DNA from: Gemmatimonadaceae bacterium
Lineage (GTDB): Bacteria > Gemmatimonadota > Gemmatimonadetes > Gemmatimonadales > Gemmatimonadaceae
Reading direction: 5' to 3'
Length of the DNA: 64,000 bases
NCBI GenBank assembly: GCA_040901985.1
Contig: JBBDYC010000008.1
Span: forward strand, 250,626 to 314,625
The notes below the pieces were generated by a model. It searched no databases. It had not been told where the DNA came from and saw only the letters and a list, made by a program, of their open reading frames with translations. The position numbers and the translations under genes were made by a program. Below, piece after piece: positions 27,329 through 36,467 of the stretch. Within the stretch, counting starts at the first letter, position 1. Each line of letters opens with the position of its first letter.

Positions 27329-28842
27329 CGTGGCACTCCGTGGCAATGGGTTCGCCTGACCTCGCGGCCGGGCACACCGCGACAAGACGGGGGACCGCAG
27401 AAGGTTCCCGGACGGTCAGCGAGAGGTAGGAGTGGGATGGCAGGGCAATGCGCTCCATCACATAACGCGCGCGTGGTGGTTGCCAACGAAACCACCGTCC
27501 CCGTGACGAAGATCAGTGGGATCCCGTAGATGGCCCACGGCCAGGTGTAGCCTCCCGCCTCGCCCACAATCACGAAACAGCCGACGCCCCACACCATCCC
27601 GACGGCCACGCTGGCCCAAGCACCGGCGGTGGTCGCGCGCTTCCAGTGGAAGCCGGCCAGAAGGGCGAACGCCAACGCCGCCACGGGGATGTTCGCGAGA
27701 ATCAGCCGATCGAGAATGTCATCGACGAGAAAGGTTGCGCCGAGCCAGCTGAGTACGGCGAACCCCGTGAGCACAAGTCGCTGGGCGCGCACCGTGCGGA
27801 CACGCTCTCCTGCGAGGTCTGCGGCGACCATCGCTCCCATCGCACTCCAAACGCCGGCGAGGGTGGTGAGCGCGGCTCCGAAAAGCACGGCGAAGCCCGC
27901 GCCACGGATGCCAGCCGGTAACCAGGTGCGTACCATCGTCGGCACCGCGAGCTGCGCATCGCTGAGTGCCGGTTGCTCCACGCGTAGCGTTGCCGCGGCA
28001 ATCACCACGGCCCCGTACAGCACGAACACGATGGCCGCGCTGAGCGCGACGGCGCGAAAGGCGGTCCGCTGGTCACGGGCGGCAAAGATCTTCTGGCCGT
28101 ACCACGGGGCGGCGATGTACGTGAAACAGGTGAGCACCATCAGCGTCAACACGAACCGCATCGAGAGCGCTGGGTGCTGCCACTGCGCGATAGGGTCGAG
28201 CAGGAGTTGATCGGCGGCGAAGACGGTGCCGAGCCCCGCGATTCCGCCGGCTCGCGCCCAGCCGATGGCGAGCAGCACCGGAAAGAGAATCGCCGAGGCC
28301 ACGAACCCCGCGACATCGGCGCGGACCACGGAAACCAGCCCGCCGGGGAGGACCGCCGCGAGCACCACGCCGGTGAGAAGCGCGCCAAGCAGCGGCTGGG
28401 GGAGCCCCGGCGCGAACGGCACGAAGAGCAGCGTGAGCGACTTCACGTAGGTCGCGGTGAACCCGACCATCGCCACGAGGAGCAGGAGCGAGGCGGTGCG
28501 ACCGAGGGCACGGGAGTAGCGCTCAGTGAAAAGCTCGGCGACCGAAAGGCGATTGAACCGCTTCCACGCGCGCGCGACCGTCAGTGTGTAAAAGGTAAGC
28601 CCGACCAGAAACACGGCAGGTAGGGCGATGGCCATTGGTCCCGCGGCGTAGCCGGCCCCCGCGAAGGCGAGCAGGGTGCTGGTGTTGAACTCCGTCATCA
28701 CAAGGGTCGCGACGAGCGGGAAGAGGGCAAGGTCGCGCGATGCCACGGTGTAGTCGCTCGCGGTCGCCGAGCGACGGAGGCCGACGGTCGCGACGATGCC
28801 GAGGACGATGGTGAAGCCGAGTAGGTCGGGGAGGAGCATCAC
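27211..28842 (-). CDS. sodium:solute symporter family protein
   Basis: About 13 TMs; DYTVASR, TEFN, GGLVSVVRAD, QKIFAA, WKRATTAGA; last ~85 aa look non-homologous. Confidence 0.82.
   Translation of the reverse strand: MMLLPDLLGFTIVLGIVATVGLRRSATASDYTVASRDLALFPLVATLVMTEFNTSTLLAFAGAGYAAGPMAIALPAVFLVGLTFYTLTVARAWKRFNRLSVAELFTERYSRALGRTASLLLLVAMVGFTATYVKSLTLLFVPFAPGLPQPLLGALLTGVVLAAVLPGGLVSVVRADVAGFVASAILFPVLLAIGWARAGGIAGLGTVFAADQLLLDPIAQWQHPALSMRFVLTLMVLTCFTYIAAPWYGQKIFAARDQRTAFRAVALSAAIVFVLYGAVVIAAATLRVEQPALSDAQLAVPTMVRTWLPAGIRGAGFAVLFGAALTTLAGVWSAMGAMVAADLAGERVRTVRAQRLVLTGFAVLSWLGATFLVDDILDRLILANIPVAALAFALLAGFHWKRATTAGAWASVAVGMVWGVGCFVIVGEAGGYTWPWAIYGIPLIFVTGTVVSLATTTRALCDGAHCPAIPLLPLADRPGTFCGPPSCRGVPGREVRRTHCHGVPRCRMPRSTSRPTSRCPHLRRRPLPPRPPPYSAARRRRWG
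27382..27409 (-). promoter_or_regulatory. ECF-type promoter copy 2 (GGGAAC-N14-CGTCTTGT)
   Basis: Shares CCGGGAAC and CCCCGTCTTG with the sigma-gene copy; ~55 nt before AhpD ATG. Confidence 0.6.
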
Positions 28843-28853
28843 AAGGCGGTCGG

Positions 28854-28882
28854 GGGAACTTCTGGGCGCGGATGCGGATTGC
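28854..28882 (+). promoter_or_regulatory. ECF-type promoter copy 3 (GGGAAC-N15-CGGATTGC)
   Basis: GGGAACTTC...CG..TTGCC aligned base-for-base with the 32486 copy; ~50 nt before TonB receptor ATG. Confidence 0.55.
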
Positions 28883-28931
28883 CTGCCGGTCCGCCGTCAA
28901 ACAGACACCCTCCCGTCAATCCGCTCCAACG

Positions 28932-31859
28932 ATGAAACGTTCGCGCCTCGCAATCCTGCTGGTCCTGGCTCTCGCGTCGGTGACCGGGGTGTCCTCGGCC
29001 CAGACGCAGTCCACCCTCAGCGGCACGGTGCGAGCCCAGCGTGGCGATCCGCTTGAGGACGCCGCGGTGCGCGTGGACCAGGGTGGAACGGTACCGACCG
29101 ATGGGCAGGGACGGTTCTCGCTGGCCGTTCCGGAGGGCCGCGACCTCACGGTGGTGGTGACCGCGGCCGGCTTCACGCTGGCGCGCCTCACGGTTCCAGC
29201 CATTGCGTCCGGCGCGGAGCGGGCAATCGCCATCGTGATGTCACCGCTGCAGACCCTCGGGACCCAGACGATTGTCGCCCGCAGGACGCGGCCCCTGCTG
29301 AACACCGAGTCGGCCGCCACTGGTGGTGCGATCGAGGCCGAGGAGCTCGAGGCGCTGCCGACGGATGCGCGTGATCCCATCGCACTCCTCTACAACATCC
29401 CCGGCGTGGCGCAGGCCACTGGGTTCTTCGGTGACGCGCCGCGGCTCTCGTTCAACGGCGGCAACGCGCTGTACTCACAGTATCTGCTCGATGGGCTCGA
29501 CAACAATGAAGGATTCCTCGGCGGCCCGCGGGTGGACCTCCCGCTCGGCGCGATCGCCCGGATGGATGCGCTGGTGAACACCTACGGCGCCCGGTACGGC
29601 CGGAGTCCCGATGGCGTGGTGGATGTGACGTCGGTGAGCGGGACGGAGACTTGGGTCGGCGATCTATTCGTGTACGATCGGCCGGGACGCCCGTTCGACG
29701 CTCGTACGCCGACGCCGTTCGGTGGTGCGTCCGAGGCCATCGCCCGGCGGCAGGAGGGCTTTCAGCGCTCGCAGGTGGGCGGTTCGCTGCGCGGCGCGCT
29801 CCGTCCGGGGCGCACCTACCTCGCGACCGCCATCGAGCGCACGCGCGAGCATGAGGACCGCATTGGGTCAACGGCACTCGCGCAGTTTCTTGGGACCGAG
29901 ACGCGCACGACGTGGAAGGGCTTCACGCGACTCGATCACGGCTGGTCGCCGACGCAGACGACGACGCTCCGCTGGGCCGGTTCGTTCGTGGATCGCGCGG
30001 GGAACGGCAGCGGGGTCGTGACGCCGGAAGCAGACATCACCACACGCCGCAACGGCACGCTCACGGCGCTCACGCATCGGAGTGCCCGCCGCAACCAGAT
30101 GGCCTCGAACACGCTGACCGTGCAGTACGGCACCTATCGCTGGTACTTCCCGCCAACGGAAAGCGACTTCTCGCGCCCGCAGGTTACGGTCATCACGCCT
30201 GAGTTCGAGACGCAGGCGGTGGTGGGGTCGAGCAACTTCATCTTTGACGAGACCGAACGCCAGTGGCAGATCCGCGACGTCTTCGAGGCCGCCATCGGCG
30301 AACGGCACACGCTGCGCGTGGGTGCGGACGTCATCCACGCGCGCTTTGCACTGGCCGCCGCGAGCACGAATCCCAACGGATCGTACGTCGTCTACAACGA
30401 CGGCAACATCACCATTCCCACCGGGCGTCCGCTCTCGTTCACCGACATCCCGTCGGACGTGCGCGTCGAGAGCTACACCATTGACGCCCGTCCACAGCAG
30501 GTGAATCTCTCGCAGACCCTCTGGGGCGCGTTCATCGAGGACACGTGGCGTCCGACCGCGTCGCTGACGGTCATCGGCGGCCTGCGCTGGGATTACGACG
30601 ACCTCACGTCGCGGGGCGAGAGCGATCCCGACCTCGATAACATCCAGCCTCGCCTCTCCTTCAACTGGATGCGGACACCACGGGACGTCGTGCGCGGTGG
30701 CATCGGTCGGTATGCGGGCAAGTTTCCCTACGCCATCTACTCCGACGCCATTCAGCTCGGTGTAAACGGCAACGCGGTCATCACCTACAGCGGCGCCTCG
30801 GCGCCAGCGTTCGGGGCAGGCCCAGTTGCCGGGTCCGTGCCACCAGGGGACATCAGCAGTGTACCGCGCGAGATCTTCCGCACCTTCGCCGTTGGACTCG
30901 GACAGCCGATGAGCTGGCAAGGGACGCTCGGCTACCAGCGGCAGATCGGCGACCGGTGGGGCATCTCTGCGGACGTGGTGCTCAGTCGCACTCGCAACCT
31001 GCCTTGGATGGCGGACCTCAATCCCATTTCGCAACGGCTTACGGCCGCCGATTCCACGCCGCAGACTTGCGCCAGCGCCACAAGCTGCCCGGGCGATGCC
31101 TTTCGGCCGGACGATCCGACGGTGAGCGGGTATCGCCGTCTCTCGACCGCGCAGTCGGGGGGCACTGCCGAGTATGCGGCGCTCTATGTGGCCGCGCGCC
31201 ACGACGTGACCGACCGCTGGCAGCTCGACGCCAACTGGGTCTGGTCGCGGGCGCAGAACAACACCGAGGACATCAACTTCTCGGCGACGCAGGCCAACTG
31301 TTTCAGCCGCGACCGCACCGATGCGGTGACGGGCGAGGCCTGCACGAGCGACGAGTGGGCCGACGCGAACAACGATCGGCGCCACCGACTCACGCTGCGG
31401 AGCGTGATGCGACTGCCGAAGGCCATCACCTGGTCTCTGATTGCCGACGCGCAGACGGGCGTGCCGGTGAACCGGCTCGCGGGAACAGCGGACGTCTCCG
31501 GGACCGCGCGCTACGATCTGCTTGGATCGGGTCCGGTGCGGGGCAACGCGTTCATCGGCAATGCGGACCGCTTCTTCGGCGTCGGGCGCAACGCAGAGCG
31601 GCTCCCGGGGTCGGTGACCATCTCAACGAGCGTCGCGCATCGGATTTCGGTCCGTGGCGGCGCGCTCGAGGCCCGACTCGACGCGTTCAATCTTCTGAAC
31701 ACACTCGTCTGGGGCGGCTACGCGAATGGGATCGGTGGTGGCGGCAGCCGGACGCAGTTCGGGCGCCCCGGTGACCCGACGTTGCTCTTTGCCGCGGCGC
31801 CGGCGCGTCAGTTCCAGGTCTCGGCACGCTATGTGTTCGGCGACGGCGCAACGCGCTAA
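28932..31859 (+). CDS. TonB-dependent receptor with N-terminal carboxypeptidase-regulatory-like domain (Oar-like)
   Basis: Signal peptide; LSGTV..TDGQGRF; plug LDGLDNN, ARYGR; GLRWDY; DAFNLLN; RQFQVSARYVF. Confidence 0.88.
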   Translation: MKRSRLAILLVLALASVTGVSSAQTQSTLSGTVRAQRGDPLEDAAVRVDQGGTVPTDGQGRFSLAVPEGRDLTVVVTAAGFTLARLTVPAIASGAERAIAIVMSPLQTLGTQTIVARRTRPLLNTESAATGGAIEAEELEALPTDARDPIALLYNIPGVAQATGFFGDAPRLSFNGGNALYSQYLLDGLDNNEGFLGGPRVDLPLGAIARMDALVNTYGARYGRSPDGVVDVTSVSGTETWVGDLFVYDRPGRPFDARTPTPFGGASEAIARRQEGFQRSQVGGSLRGALRPGRTYLATAIERTREHEDRIGSTALAQFLGTETRTTWKGFTRLDHGWSPTQTTTLRWAGSFVDRAGNGSGVVTPEADITTRRNGTLTALTHRSARRNQMASNTLTVQYGTYRWYFPPTESDFSRPQVTVITPEFETQAVVGSSNFIFDETERQWQIRDVFEAAIGERHTLRVGADVIHARFALAAASTNPNGSYVVYNDGNITIPTGRPLSFTDIPSDVRVESYTIDARPQQVNLSQTLWGAFIEDTWRPTASLTVIGGLRWDYDDLTSRGESDPDLDNIQPRLSFNWMRTPRDVVRGGIGRYAGKFPYAIYSDAIQLGVNGNAVITYSGASAPAFGAGPVAGSVPPGDISSVPREIFRTFAVGLGQPMSWQGTLGYQRQIGDRWGISADVVLSRTRNLPWMADLNPISQRLTAADSTPQTCASATSCPGDAFRPDDPTVSGYRRLSTAQSGGTAEYAALYVAARHDVTDRWQLDANWVWSRAQNNTEDINFSATQANCFSRDRTDAVTGEACTSDEWADANNDRRHRLTLRSVMRLPKAITWSLIADAQTGVPVNRLAGTADVSGTARYDLLGSGPVRGNAFIGNADRFFGVGRNAERLPGSVTISTSVAHRISVRGGALEARLDAFNLLNTLVWGGYANGIGGGGSRTQFGRPGDPTLLFAAAPARQFQVSARYVFGDGATR

Positions 31860-31868
31860 CTTCACCGA

Positions 31869-32468
31869 ATGATCGACGAACCCGTCAGGCGCTGGCTCGG
31901 ACGCACGGCGGCCGCACCGGCGCACTGGCTGCGCCGTGCTGGTCTCACGCCCAACGCGGTGACCATCGGCGGCTGCGCGCTGGGCATCGCGGCGGCGGCA
32001 ATCGTTGCGACCGGACGGCTGCGTCTCGGGCTCGCCGTCTGGCTCGCCGGTCGGATTCTCGATGCCTACGATGGCCTGCTCGCCCGAATTGCGGATCGAG
32101 CGAGTCTCTTTGGCGGCTTCCTGGACATCTCGCTCGATATGCTGGCCTACTCGGCCATGGCCGTGGGATTCGCAATCGCGATGCCGGCCGACACGCAGCT
32201 CTGGATGTTCGTGCTCGTCGGGTACGTGATGGCGATTACGACCACCCTCGCGCTCTCGTCCCTGCTCGAGCGGGCGGACCGCACACTCGGCGGCGATCGC
32301 TCGATTCAGTTCACGCCGGGGCTCGCAGAGGGTGGGGAGACGACGATTCTGTATTCCCTCCTCGTGCTGTTCCCCTGGTGGAGCCGTCCGCTGCTCTGGC
32401 TCTGGATTGCGGCGCTCGCTGTCACGGCGCTGACTCGGTTTCGGCTCGCCGCCCGCATTCTCCGTTAG
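31869..32468 (+). CDS. CDP-alcohol phosphatidyltransferase family protein (YnjF-like)
   Basis: TPNAVT, DAYDGLLAR..GGFLDISLD signature, GLAEGGET. Confidence 0.85.
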   Translation: MIDEPVRRWLGRTAAAPAHWLRRAGLTPNAVTIGGCALGIAAAAIVATGRLRLGLAVWLAGRILDAYDGLLARIADRASLFGGFLDISLDMLAYSAMAVGFAIAMPADTQLWMFVLVGYVMAITTTLALSSLLERADRTLGGDRSIQFTPGLAEGGETTILYSLLVLFPWWSRPLLWLWIAALAVTALTRFRLAARILR

Positions 32469-32485
32469 CCGCGCGGCGCAGGGCC

Positions 32486-32514
32486 GGGAACTTCCCGAGC
32501 GCGCCCCGTCTTGC
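32486..32514 (+). promoter_or_regulatory. ECF-type promoter copy 4, autoregulatory (GGGAAC-N15-CGTCTTGC)
   Basis: Ends 9 nt before the sigma ATG, implying a nearly leaderless transcript. Confidence 0.65.
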
Positions 32515-32523
32515 CTCGACGTC

Positions 32524-33117
32524 ATGACTGAATCCCGACGGACCGACGGCGAGTTCGAGACGGAGGCGTTGCGCCATCTCCCGGAGGTGGCACGCTTCGC
32601 ACGCTCCCTCGCTGGGAACGACGCGGATGCGGACGACCTCGTACAGGACACCTTCCTGACGGCCTACCGGCAGTGGCACCAGTACGAGCGTGGCACCGCG
32701 TGTCGCGCGTGGCTGTTCACGATCTGCCGCAATCGGTACTACCGGGTCCGTGAGCGCGCGCAGCGTCAGGTGGCGACGGACGATCCGGTGCTGGAGTCCC
32801 TGGCGGCGGCGGAGTTGCATCGGTCGGCGCAGGAGGGTGGACTCAGTGATGCTTTCGAGCGTAGCGAAGTCCGCGAAGCCGTTCAGCGCGCGATGGCCGC
32901 GTTGCCCGAGGTCTACCGCGAGGTGGCCGTGCTGGTGGACCTGCACGACCAGACGTACGAGACCGTTGCGACCATCCTTCAGGTTCCAGTGGGCACCGTG
33001 CGCTCACGGCTCTTCCGCGCCCGGCGGCTCCTGCAGGGCAGCCTGCTCGCGTTCGCCGTCGATGCCGGGCTCCGACCTCGCGGTGCGACCCCTTCTACCA
33101 GAGGACTGGCGTCATGA
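32524..33117 (+). CDS. ECF sigma factor (SigR/SigH-like)
   Basis: DADDLVQDTFL, RAWLFTICRN, LPEVYRE, PVGTVRSRLFRAR. Confidence 0.92.
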   Translation: MTESRRTDGEFETEALRHLPEVARFARSLAGNDADADDLVQDTFLTAYRQWHQYERGTACRAWLFTICRNRYYRVRERAQRQVATDDPVLESLAAAELHRSAQEGGLSDAFERSEVREAVQRAMAALPEVYREVAVLVDLHDQTYETVATILQVPVGTVRSRLFRARRLLQGSLLAFAVDAGLRPRGATPSTRGLAS

Positions 33118-33374
33118 TGGAGATGCTGGATTGCGACGCCGTGATGCGTCAGATGTGGGACTTCCTCGACGGTGAACTGCCCCTGGAGCGGATGCGGGCG
33201 CTCGAGGCACATATCGCGATGTGCGAGCGTTGCAGCGGGCACGCGAAGTTCGAGCGGTCATTCAAGGCGGCGCTCCGGACGGCGCGAGAGGACGGTGCGG
33301 ACTCGACGGCGCTGGGCGCGCGCGTACTCGCCGCGTTGCGTCGCGAGGGGTTCACGGACCCGCGCGGCGCCTGA
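33114..33374 (+). CDS. zinc-binding anti-sigma factor (ZAS, zf-HC2; RsrA-like, soluble)
   Basis: C..(WDFLDGEL)..HIAMCERC (HxxxCxxC); no TM; ATGA-coupled to sigma. Confidence 0.88.
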   Translation: MMEMLDCDAVMRQMWDFLDGELPLERMRALEAHIAMCERCSGHAKFERSFKAALRTAREDGADSTALGARVLAALRREGFTDPRGA

Positions 33375-33378
33375 GGCG

Positions 33379-35235
33379 ATGGCGATGACGGATTCCGCGT
33401 GGCGGGAATCAGCCCCGACGTTCTGGGCACTCGTTGTCGTGAGTGCCTTGCTTCCGGTTGCGCACCCGCTCCTGATGCCGGTCGTGGGTGTCCCGTCGCA
33501 CCTCCTCTGGTGGTCGCACGTCCTCGCCGTGGCTCTCTCGGCCGACCGATGGGGTGAGCGAGGGGCTGTAGTCGCGGTCCTTGCCTCGGCGTGGGGAGTG
33601 ATTTTCGGCGAGCGGATGCTTGGCGCCGGGTATGGCATCGCCGCGGACTGGGGGACGGTCACCGCCCTGGCGGCCGCCCTCACCGCGACGAATCTCCTGG
33701 TGGGCGGCTACGCACTCTTCGCGCGTCGCACGCGCCGCCGATTCGAGGCGCTGTTCTTCGGTGGGCCGGTGGGGATCGTGCGGGTGCGACCGGATGGGCG
33801 GGTTGCGATGGAGAATCCGCTCGCTCCGCAGATTCTTTCTGTTGACGGCCGCAGCGTCGTCGGTCAGCCCATCGACGCACTGTTCGAGCGCGACGGTGAC
33901 GAGGCCTCCCTGTTGACGGGGAGCGTGGCGGGTCCGGGCGCGATGCAGGTGCTAAGGCTCCGCGCGCTCCCGGAGCGGATGGTCTCGCTCACGAGCGTGC
34001 GACTCGAGACCGATGGGGATTGGCAGGTGGTCGTGCAGGACGTGACCGATCGCGAACGGCTGCAGGCGCAGTTGCGCGAGGCACAGAAGATGGAGGCCGT
34101 GGGGCGCTTCGCGGCGGGCGTGGCGCACGACTTCAACAACGTGCTCGCCGCCATCCGGCTCTCGGCGGAGATGGCCATCGAGGATGTCGGCACTGACTCA
34201 CCGACGCACGAACTGCTCGTGGAGGTGCAGCGCTCCTCGGCGCGCGCCGCGCTCCTGACGCGGCGGCTCCTGACGTTCAGCCGCACGGGCTCGCCGAGTT
34301 CCGCCGTAGTCGACCCGAATCGCGTGATCGCCGAGCTCGAGCCGATGCTTCGGCGGCTCGTCAGCGAGCGGGTGCATTTCGCGGCGGTCCTGCAGCCGGA
34401 CCTGCCTCCGGTGCGAGCCGATCTCGGGCACCTCGAGCAAATCCTGCTGAATCTCGTGATCAATGCCAACGACGCGATGCCGACTGGTGGAGCGCTCTCG
34501 CTGGAGACCACAGAGGTCGCCGCTGGGGCGCTCCCGGCGTCCGTGGCCAACGAAACGCGCTCGCTGCCGGCGACGCGGTGGGTGGAGCTGCGCGTCGTGG
34601 ACAGCGGGACGGGGATGGATGAAGCCACGCGTGCCCGGATGTTCGAGCCCTTCTTCACGACGAAGGGCCCGACGAAGGGGACCGGACTCGGACTGGCGAC
34701 CGTGGCGACGCTCACGGCGCGGAATGGTGGCTTCGTGCATGTGGAGACCGCAATTGGCCAGGGCAGCGCGTTTCGCCTCTTCTTTCCGGCGTCGAACACT
34801 GCCGTGCCGGTGTCGGAGCATCGCCCAGGGAGCCTGACGCTCCGTACCGGTCACGAGCGCATCCTGCTCGTCGAGGATGAGGCACCAGTGCGCACCGCGT
34901 TCGTGCGGATCCTGCGACGCCTTGGCTACGCGGTCACGGAGGCACAGCACGGCCGAGACGCGCTGGAGAGCCTGCGCTCGCATCCCGTGGATCTGATCAT
35001 CACGGACGTCATGATGCCGACAATGGACGGGCCGACGTTGATCGCCGAGTTGCGGCAGCGCGCCGATGCGACGCCGGTCCTGTTTGTGTCTGGGTACGCG
35101 CACGATACGCTCGAACTGCCTGCGGAGCTCCACGGGTCGCCATCGCGCTTCCTGCAGAAGCCGTTCTCGAGCGAAGAGCTCGCGACCGAGGTGCGGACCA
35201 CGTTGGATGCCGCTCGGAAGCTGGCGCGCGCCTGA
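33379..35235 (+). CDS. membrane PAS hybrid histidine kinase (CckA-like)
   Basis: N-terminal TMs; AHDFNN H-box; NLVINANDA; DSGTG; FFTTK; GTGLGL; C-terminal REC. Confidence 0.9.
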   Translation: MAMTDSAWRESAPTFWALVVVSALLPVAHPLLMPVVGVPSHLLWWSHVLAVALSADRWGERGAVVAVLASAWGVIFGERMLGAGYGIAADWGTVTALAAALTATNLLVGGYALFARRTRRRFEALFFGGPVGIVRVRPDGRVAMENPLAPQILSVDGRSVVGQPIDALFERDGDEASLLTGSVAGPGAMQVLRLRALPERMVSLTSVRLETDGDWQVVVQDVTDRERLQAQLREAQKMEAVGRFAAGVAHDFNNVLAAIRLSAEMAIEDVGTDSPTHELLVEVQRSSARAALLTRRLLTFSRTGSPSSAVVDPNRVIAELEPMLRRLVSERVHFAAVLQPDLPPVRADLGHLEQILLNLVINANDAMPTGGALSLETTEVAAGALPASVANETRSLPATRWVELRVVDSGTGMDEATRARMFEPFFTTKGPTKGTGLGLATVATLTARNGGFVHVETAIGQGSAFRLFFPASNTAVPVSEHRPGSLTLRTGHERILLVEDEAPVRTAFVRILRRLGYAVTEAQHGRDALESLRSHPVDLIITDVMMPTMDGPTLIAELRQRADATPVLFVSGYAHDTLELPAELHGSPSRFLQKPFSSEELATEVRTTLDAARKLARA

Positions 35236-35282
35236 CCCGCGTACGAAGTTCCCACGTGGCCGCCCTCACCATTTCGAACGAT

Positions 35283-36389
35283 ATGCCTGACGAAACCTGG
35301 CACGATATCGGCGCCGCCGACGAGTTCCGGACGCGCCCGCTCTCCGAAGTGACCATCGGCCGTCTGCGCCTCGCCCTCTCGTCGGGCCCGGAGGGGTTCG
35401 GCGCGGTCTCAGGCGTCTGCTCGCACGCGGGTGGTCCACTTGGGCAGGGTGTGCTCGACGGCGCGTATGTCGTCTGCCCTTGGCACCACTGGAAGTACCA
35501 TCGCGTGACCGGCGCTGGCGAGCCCGGCTATGAGGACGACGCATTGCCGCGCTACGCCGTGAGGGAGGCGGACGGGCGGCTCCTCGTGGACATCGCCAGC
35601 GGGACGAAGCGACGGAAGGGGAAACACGACCCCCACCCCCTCGCCCGGCCCGTGGTGCGAGGTGAGGGGCCGCCCCGCGTGCTCGGCATCTCGACCACCA
35701 ATATGGAACGCGGTCACCCGCGCCCCTCCACGTCCGAGATCCTGCTGGAGCACGCGCTCGGATTCGCCCGCGGCACGCTCGGGGCGGAGCAACAGCTCAT
35801 CCGGCTCAGGGATCTGACGTTCCGCGCGTGCGAGGGGTTCTACTCCAAGAGTGCGAGGGCCTGCACCTGGCCCTGTTCCATCACGCAGATGGACCCCGAG
35901 GACCAGCTCGATCGCGTCTACGAGGCGGTCGTGCATTGGGCCGACGTCGTGCTCATTGCCACGCCAATCCGGTGGGGCAATGCGTCCTCGCTCTATTATA
36001 AGATGATCGAGCGCTTCAACTGCATCCAGAACCAGGTGACCATTGCGAATCGCGTGCTTCTTCGCAACAAGGTCGCGAGCTTTATCATCACCGGTGGTCA
36101 GGACAACGTGCAACAGGTGGCGGGACACCTTCTCGGATTCTTTGGCGAGATCGGCTTCCACTTTCCGCAGTTTCCGTACATCGCGCACAGCCGTGGGTGG
36201 AGCGCCGAGGATATGGAGAACAATGTGCGCGCGGTGCAGGAGAGCGAGGATCTGCGGACGGGGGCGGAACAACTGGTGGCGCGGGCGGTGGACGCCGCGC
36301 TGCTACACCTCGATCACGCCGACGCCGACCATCTGCAGTCACGCGGTGGCAGGAAGGCGCACCGACTCGCGGCGGGAACTCCCGAGTAG
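35283..36389 (+). CDS. Rieske [2Fe-2S] / flavodoxin-fold FMN reductase fusion
   Basis: CSHAGG...CPWH; CEGFYSKSARACTWPC; ATPIRWG. Confidence 0.82.
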   Translation: MPDETWHDIGAADEFRTRPLSEVTIGRLRLALSSGPEGFGAVSGVCSHAGGPLGQGVLDGAYVVCPWHHWKYHRVTGAGEPGYEDDALPRYAVREADGRLLVDIASGTKRRKGKHDPHPLARPVVRGEGPPRVLGISTTNMERGHPRPSTSEILLEHALGFARGTLGAEQQLIRLRDLTFRACEGFYSKSARACTWPCSITQMDPEDQLDRVYEAVVHWADVVLIATPIRWGNASSLYYKMIERFNCIQNQVTIANRVLLRNKVASFIITGGQDNVQQVAGHLLGFFGEIGFHFPQFPYIAHSRGWSAEDMENNVRAVQESEDLRTGAEQLVARAVDAALLHLDHADADHLQSRGGRKAHRLAAGTPE

Positions 36390-36467
36390 GTACGTGGGCA
36401 CGCCGGCACAGATGCGCGTGGGAGCGGAAGGTGTGGCATCGAACCGCTGCATTCAGCAGTCGGCGCC

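Noticed and set aside
35225..35253. Fifth ECF promoter copy (GGGAACTTC on minus strand)
   Set aside because: No CG..TTG box at the right spacing and it points antisense into the kinase gene
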